Positions 58,879-64,000 of a DNA stretch of 64,000 nt are shown here, one piece after another. The notes beneath the pieces are model-generated. The model did no database searches and had not been told where the DNA came from. It worked only from the letters and a program-made list of their open reading frames with translations. The position numbers and the translations under genes are program-made. Every line of letters starts with the position of its first letter. The first letter of the stretch is position 1. Origin of the DNA: Geobacteraceae bacterium (lineage in GTDB: Bacteria > Desulfobacterota > Desulfuromonadia > Desulfuromonadales > BM103); assembly GCA_024640545.1 (NCBI GenBank), contig JAHEEU010000267.1:4223-68222 (forward strand). The letters run 5' to 3'.

Positions 58879-59793
58879 GTGGCAACGATTACAGCAAAAA
58901 TGGTAGGTGACCTGCGCGCCAAGACCGGCGCCGGTATGATGGATTGCAAAAAAGCCCTGAGCGAGGCGGGCGGTGATATGGAGCAGGCCATCGACCTGCT
59001 GCGCAAGAAAGGTCTCTCTGCGGCGGCCAAGAAGTCTGGCCGGGTGGCTGCGGAGGGGATGATTGCCGCGGCCGGCAGCGACAAGGTCGGTGCCCTGGTG
59101 GAAGTCAACTCGGAAACCGACTTCGTTGCCAAGAACCTGGCCTTCCAGGCCTTTGCCAATGGCGTCGTTGAGGTGGTCCTGAACCAGAATCCGGCTGACG
59201 TCGAGGCCCTCAAAGGCCTTGATTTCCCCGGGTCCGGACGTAATGTCGGCGACGAGCTGACCCACCAGATTGCGACGATCGGCGAGAACATGAATATCCG
59301 TCGTTGCCTCCGCCTGGAAAGCAAGTCCGGGGTGGTGGCCTCTTATATTCACGGCGCCGGCAAGATCGGCGTCCTTGTGCAACTGGATGCCGACAAGGCT
59401 GACGACCCCAAGGTCGCTGAAACGGCCCGTATGCTGGCCATGCACGTGGCCGCTGCCAACCCGCAGTACCTGAAGCGCAGTGAAGTCCCCGCCGATGTCC
59501 TTGCCCGCGAGAAGGATATCATGCGCGCCAAGGCCATTGAGAGCGGCAAGCCGGAAAACATCGTCGACAAGATCATCGAAGGGCAGATCAACAAGTTCTA
59601 CGGTGAGACCTGTCTTCTCGAGCAGGTTTATGTGATTGATACTGACCAGAAGGTTGGTAAAGTGGTAGAGGCTTTGGCCAAGGAAGTCGGCGGCCAGGTG
59701 GCTCTCGCTGCCTTTGCCCGTTTCCAGCTTGGCGAGGGCATCGAGAAGAAGGAAGATGATTTCGCGGCGGAAGTCGCTTCGATGACCAAGTAA
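58879..59793 (+). CDS. tsf: Translation elongation factor Ts
   Basis: GTG at 58879 after GAGGAGG gives (M)ATITAKMVGDLRAKTGAGMMDCKKAL, the canonical EF-Ts N-terminus. Confidence 0.95.
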   Translation: MATITAKMVGDLRAKTGAGMMDCKKALSEAGGDMEQAIDLLRKKGLSAAAKKSGRVAAEGMIAAAGSDKVGALVEVNSETDFVAKNLAFQAFANGVVEVVLNQNPADVEALKGLDFPGSGRNVGDELTHQIATIGENMNIRRCLRLESKSGVVASYIHGAGKIGVLVQLDADKADDPKVAETARMLAMHVAAANPQYLKRSEVPADVLAREKDIMRAKAIESGKPENIVDKIIEGQINKFYGETCLLEQVYVIDTDQKVGKVVEALAKEVGGQVALAAFARFQLGEGIEKKEDDFAAEVASMTK

Positions 59794-59821
59794 GCAGCCT
59801 CCAGAACCAGTGGACTTATAA

Positions 59822-60577
<756 letters not shown>

Positions 60578-60581
60578 TGCC

Positions 60582-61139
60582 ATGATTGCTGATGTCAAAT
60601 CCCAAGCCACTGCCGGAATGACAAAAGCCCTCGAGTCGTTCAAGCGCGACCTGGGCAAGGTCCGTACAGGACGGGCCTCACTTTCTCTGCTCGACGATCT
60701 CCGGGTCGATTATTACGGTACGCCGACCCCGATCAACCAGGTTGGCGCCATGGCTGTGCCGGAACCCCGCCTGATCACCATTCAACCGTGGGAAAAGAAC
60801 CTGATCGGCGAGATTGAAAAAGCCATACTCAAGTCGGATCTCGGTTTGAACCCGTCTTCTGACGGGCAGATTATCCGTCTGGTGTTCCCGCCGTTGACCG
60901 AAGAACGCCGTAAGGAGATGGTCAAGCAGGTCAAGCGCATGGGTGAAGATGCCAAAATCGCGGTTCGCAACGTCCGCCGCGAGGCCAACGACAGCCTGAA
61001 GAAGCTGGAGAAGGACAAGGAAATTTCCGCAGATGATCTCAAGCGTGGCGAGAAGGAAGTCCAGGAAGTGACGGATGATTATGTCGCGCGCATAGACCAG
61101 GTGATTGCCGACAAGGAAAAGGACCTGATGGAGATCTGA
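60582..61139 (+). CDS. frr: Ribosome recycling factor
   Basis: ATG at 60582. [13 protein letters not shown]...PLTEERRKE. Confidence 0.96.
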   Translation: MIADVKSQATAGMTKALESFKRDLGKVRTGRASLSLLDDLRVDYYGTPTPINQVGAMAVPEPRLITIQPWEKNLIGEIEKAILKSDLGLNPSSDGQIIRLVFPPLTEERRKEMVKQVKRMGEDAKIAVRNVRREANDSLKKLEKDKEISADDLKRGEKEVQEVTDDYVARIDQVIADKEKDLMEI

Positions 61140-61175
61140 TCTCCACCGGCAACTGCAAATGGAGGCTTGTCACAC

Positions 61176-61334
61176 ATGAAGATAACTGAGGAGTGCATTG
61201 CCTGCGGGACCTGCGTCGAGTTTTGCCCGGTCGAAGCCATCGTTGAATCAGGTGAGATTTACGCGGTCACCGAAGGCTGCACTGATTGCCGGGTATGCGT
61301 CGATACCTGCCCGGTCGACGCCATCGTCGATTGA
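61176..61334 (+). CDS. 52-aa clostridial-type 2x[4Fe-4S] ferredoxin (absent from the ORF track because it is under 60 aa)
   Basis: My translation: MKITEECIACGTCVEFCPVEAIVESGEIYAVTEGCTDCRVCVDTCPVDAIVD*. It has two CxxCxxCxxxCP motifs, a GGAGG RBS 10 nt upstream, and a terminator hairpin downstream. Confidence 0.8.
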   Translation: MKITEECIACGTCVEFCPVEAIVESGEIYAVTEGCTDCRVCVDTCPVDAIVD

Positions 61335-61340
61335 ACCAGG

Positions 61341-61368
61341 GGGCGCCTCACGGGCGCCCTTCTTGTTG
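61341..61368 (+). terminator. Rho-independent terminator after the ferredoxin gene
   Basis: GGGCGCC-TCACG-GGCGCCC followed by TTCTTGTT. Confidence 0.55.
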
Positions 61369-61437
61369 CAGGGACATGCTTCCCCAGTTGCCCGATTTGT
61401 TGTGTCATGATACTTTATCGACAAGAGGGTCGTTTCT

Positions 61438-61607
61438 CCGCAGCGTGCCAAGTGCATTTGCTGTCACCTGGTGCTTGCTTTATGCTGAAGGCATCCAAAA
61501 TCAGAACAAGTTTCGCCAGTCATGATGAACGGCGAGTTTTTCTGTGGTACGGATTCTGAAAACCGGGTTCCGTTTGCCCCGCAGCTTGCAGCGGGGTAGT
61601 TCATTAA
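61438..61607 (+). repeat. Intergenic repeat module E2 (paralogous to 55321-55497)
   Basis: Has the same colinear blocks as E1. Its 3' part TCTGAAAACCGGGTTCC...GCAG...GGGGTAGTTCATTAAA also aligns with the 5' part of repeat D. Confidence 0.55.
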
Positions 61608-61641
61608 ACCCTTGCCGCTCCTTTCCGGGACGTCTTTTCCT

Positions 61642-62388
61642 ATGCAGATTCCTCAACACCTGGCAATTATCATGGATGGCAACGGCCGCTGGGCCGAGCA
61701 GCGCCATCTGCCGCGCATCTTGGGTCATCGCAAAGGTGTGGAAACGGTGCAGGCGATCGTTGGCGAATGTTTGGAGCTGGGAATCGGCTGCCTGACGCTT
61801 TACGCCTTCAGCTCAGAGAACTGGGGGCGACCACAGGAAGAGGTCGAAGCTCTGATGGGCCTGCTGGGGACCTTCCTGAAAAAAGAGCTGAGTCAAATCA
61901 ACGATCGGGGGATTCGGCTGATGGCTGTCGGAGAACTGCACCGCCTGCCTAAATCGATCAGTAAAATCCTCAAGGAGTCCATAAAGAAAACCTCGGGCAA
62001 CGACCGTATGGTTTTGAACCTGGCACTGTCCTATGGCTCACGCAATGAACTGACCAGGGCCATGCAGGTGCTCGGCCGTGAAATTGCCGACGGCAGAATG
62101 CAGGCCGAGCAAATTACCGAGGCGGACATCGAGGCGGCCCTCGATACCCACGGCATCCCCGACCCGGATTTACTGATCCGGACCAGCGGAGAAATGCGGA
62201 TCAGCAATTTCCTGCTTTGGCAGATGGCTTATAGTGAACTTTACTTTACCGAAGCACTCTGGCCGGATTTTTCTCGCGAGCACTTGCTGCAGGCGCTCGA
62301 AGAATACAGCCGCCGACAGCGGCGCTTCGGCCTCACCGCGGCGCAGTTGCGCGACACCAATGCCAACGGCGGGGAGAAAAGCCATTAA
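61642..62388 (+). CDS. uppS: Undecaprenyl diphosphate synthase
   Basis: ATG at 61642 (MQIPQHLAIIMDGNGRWA). ERRFG-type C-terminus RRQRRFG. Confidence 0.93.
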   Translation: MQIPQHLAIIMDGNGRWAEQRHLPRILGHRKGVETVQAIVGECLELGIGCLTLYAFSSENWGRPQEEVEALMGLLGTFLKKELSQINDRGIRLMAVGELHRLPKSISKILKESIKKTSGNDRMVLNLALSYGSRNELTRAMQVLGREIADGRMQAEQITEADIEAALDTHGIPDPDLLIRTSGEMRISNFLLWQMAYSELYFTEALWPDFSREHLLQALEEYSRRQRRFGLTAAQLRDTNANGGEKSH

Positions 62389-63184
62389 ACAGAGAATCAT
62401 CACAGCGCTGATTGTGTTGCCGTTGCTGATCCTGTGCGTGTTTTATGCCAGCCGGGGGCTCTTTGCCGGGCTGATCTTCATTGCCTGTGGCCTGGCCCTG
62501 CATGAGTTCTACCATCTGGCCCTGCCGGCGCAGCGTCGCCTGGAAAGCTCTCTCTCGGTCGCTGCCGGTGTACTCTGCTGTGTCGGCCTGGTCTATGCCG
62601 CCAGTCCACCGTTCGTCCTGTTAAGCATCGTACTGCCCTGTCTTTTCCTTGCTCTGGTTTACCTGTTCCGCTTGCAGGATATGCAGAGTGTCAGTCGTGA
62701 CCTGGCATTCAGCCTGCTCGGCTTGTTCTATGTCCCGCTGTTGTTGTCCCACGTTGCCCTGCTGCGCGCTTTACCGTCCGGCCGAAACTGGGTGTTCCTC
62801 GTGCTGTGCGTGGTCATGATCAGTGACACAATGGCCTATGTCGTTGGCAAGAACTGGGGGCGGCACCGCCTCTACCAGGCGGTCAGCCCGAAAAAGAGCG
62901 TCGAGGGTTCCCTCGGCGGGCTGGTCGGTGGTGTCCTGGGGGCGCTGATCTGCAAGCTTTGGTTCTTCACTGAACTGGACACGGCAGATGTGCTTTTCAT
63001 CGGCCTCGTTGTCGGTGCGTTCAGCCAGCTCGGTGACCTGGTTGAATCGCTGTTCAAGCGCAGTTTCGGCGTGAAGGACTCCGGCAGGCTCTTCCCAGGG
63101 CACGGCGGCATGCTTGACCGTCTGGACAGCCTGCTGTTCGCCTTCCCCGTTACTTATTACTACGCGGTATGGATGGTGGCATGA
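62360..63184 (+). CDS. cdsA: Phosphatidate cytidylyltransferase
   Basis: Polytopic membrane protein with the C-terminal signature [28 protein letters not shown]. The start at 62360 is uncertain and overlaps uppS by 29 nt. Confidence 0.88.
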   Translation: MPTAGRKAIKQRIITALIVLPLLILCVFYASRGLFAGLIFIACGLALHEFYHLALPAQRRLESSLSVAAGVLCCVGLVYAASPPFVLLSIVLPCLFLALVYLFRLQDMQSVSRDLAFSLLGLFYVPLLLSHVALLRALPSGRNWVFLVLCVVMISDTMAYVVGKNWGRHRLYQAVSPKKSVEGSLGGLVGGVLGALICKLWFFTELDTADVLFIGLVVGAFSQLGDLVESLFKRSFGVKDSGRLFPGHGGMLDRLDSLLFAFPVTYYYAVWMVA

Positions 63185-64000
63185 AACGACTGGCCGTCCT
63201 AGGTTCCACCGGTTCCATTGGCGTGAGTACTCTGGATATCGTTGCCGGTCATGCGGACCGCTTCAAGGTTGTGGCTCTGACCGCCGGACGCAATCTGCCG
63301 CTGCTCGAAGAGCAGATTGCCCGTTTCCATCCGGAGGTCGTCGCGGTCCCCGACCTGGAAAATGCCCGGCGTCTCCGCGAGCGCATCGGCCCATGCGGAC
63401 CCCGCGTCCTGTACGGAACGGAGGGCCTGATCGCCTGCGCGGCTGAGTCACCGGCCGACATGGTGGTCTCGGCGATTGTCGGCGCCGCCGGGCTTGAACC
63501 GACTCTCGCCGCCATCCAGGCCGGCAGGGATGTGGCGCTGGCCAACAAGGAGACTCTGGTCATTGCCGGTGAACTGGTCATGGCTGCGGTGGCCGCATCG
63601 GGTTGCCAGCTGTTCCCGGTCGACAGCGAACATTCAGCGATCTTCCAGTCCCTGGCCGGACACAGCAAAACCGATGTGCGGCGCCTGATCCTGACTGCAT
63701 CCGGCGGTCCTTTTCGCAACTGGTCCCTCGATGACCTGATCGAGGTGACTCCGCAAGACGCTCTGGCCCATCCCAACTGGACCATGGGACGCAAGATCAC
63801 CATCGACTCAGCGACCATGATGAACAAGGGCCTCGAAGTCATCGAGGCGCATTGGCTTTTCAACCTGCCGGTCGACAGAATTGCCGTGCACATCCATCCG
63901 GAAAGCATTGTCCACTCCATGGTGGAGTATGTCGATGGAGCAATCATCGCCCAGCTCGGCATCCCGGACATGACAACCCCGATAGCCTACGCATTGAGCT
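63181..64000 (+). CDS. dxr: 1-deoxy-D-xylulose 5-phosphate reductoisomerase (5' part; runs off the window)
   Basis: My translation: [21 protein letters not shown]...LANKETLV...[11 protein letters not shown]...LTASGGPF...[31 protein letters not shown] overlap with the cdsA stop. Not in the ORF track because there is no stop inside the window. Confidence 0.95.
   Translation, partial: MKRLAVLGSTGSIGVSTLDIVAGHADRFKVVALTAGRNLPLLEEQIARFHPEVVAVPDLENARRLRERIGPCGPRVLYGTEGLIACAAESPADMVVSAIVGAAGLEPTLAAIQAGRDVALANKETLVIAGELVMAAVAASGCQLFPVDSEHSAIFQSLAGHSKTDVRRLILTASGGPFRNWSLDDLIEVTPQDALAHPNWTMGRKITIDSATMMNKGLEVIEAHWLFNLPVDRIAVHIHPESIVHSMVEYVDGAIIAQLGIPDMTTPIAYALS

Noticed and set aside
61198-61410. 70-aa + strand ORF from the track
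   Set aside because: It overlaps, out of frame, the 52-aa ferredoxin ORF, which has a perfect double CxxCxxCxxxCP signature and an RBS. The 70-aa translation has no features.

Overview
High-GC (roughly 55-60% by eye) proteobacterial chromosome segment. The gene order (aroB-TPR-Roadblock-aroQ-pepP-accBC; kdsB-pyrG-kdsA-kdsD-kdsC-lptCAB-rpoN-hpf-ptsN-hprK-rapZ; rpsB-tsf-pyrH-frr-uppS-cdsA-dxr) recalls Geobacter/Desulfuromonas-type deltaproteobacteria; this placement is inference only. The window has three parts. (1) 1-19 kb is an accessory carbohydrate or sugar-acid utilisation island. It carries a TRAP transporter, a TTT (TctCBA) transporter, two SDRs, a cupin, a ribokinase-family kinase, a TIM-barrel sugar isomerase, a FucI-like isomerase, an FGGY kinase, a DapA-family aldolase, a GntR regulator, a HAD phosphatase and DMT/AEC permeases. 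(2) 19-28 kb and 31-64 kb are core housekeeping, almost entirely on the + strand: shikimate, acetyl-CoA carboxylase, Kdo/LPS export, sigma-54 and the regulatory PTS plus a complete mannose-family PTS, the SAM cycle (metK, a SahR-like regulator, ahcY), lptFG, and the translation/isoprenoid cluster. (3) 28.07-30.75 kb is a small islet bounded by tRNA-Leu(UAA) and a truncated copy of that tRNA; it carries hipBA and one orphan ORF but no integrase. Points worth a second look: the tRNA-flanked hipBA islet; an aroQ with an in-frame deletion of its catalytic core; a modular family of 120-180 nt palindromic intergenic repeats (at least 6 copies); a 52-aa 2x[4Fe-4S] ferredoxin missing from the ORF track; perfect palindromes at the island promoters; and the SahR-ahcY/metK arrangement. 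I found no CRISPR array, IS element, prophage or rRNA. I saw no obviously novel multi-gene defence-type system, so the accessory regions are reported as they are. Many long antisense ORFs in the track are GC-driven shadows and were rejected.
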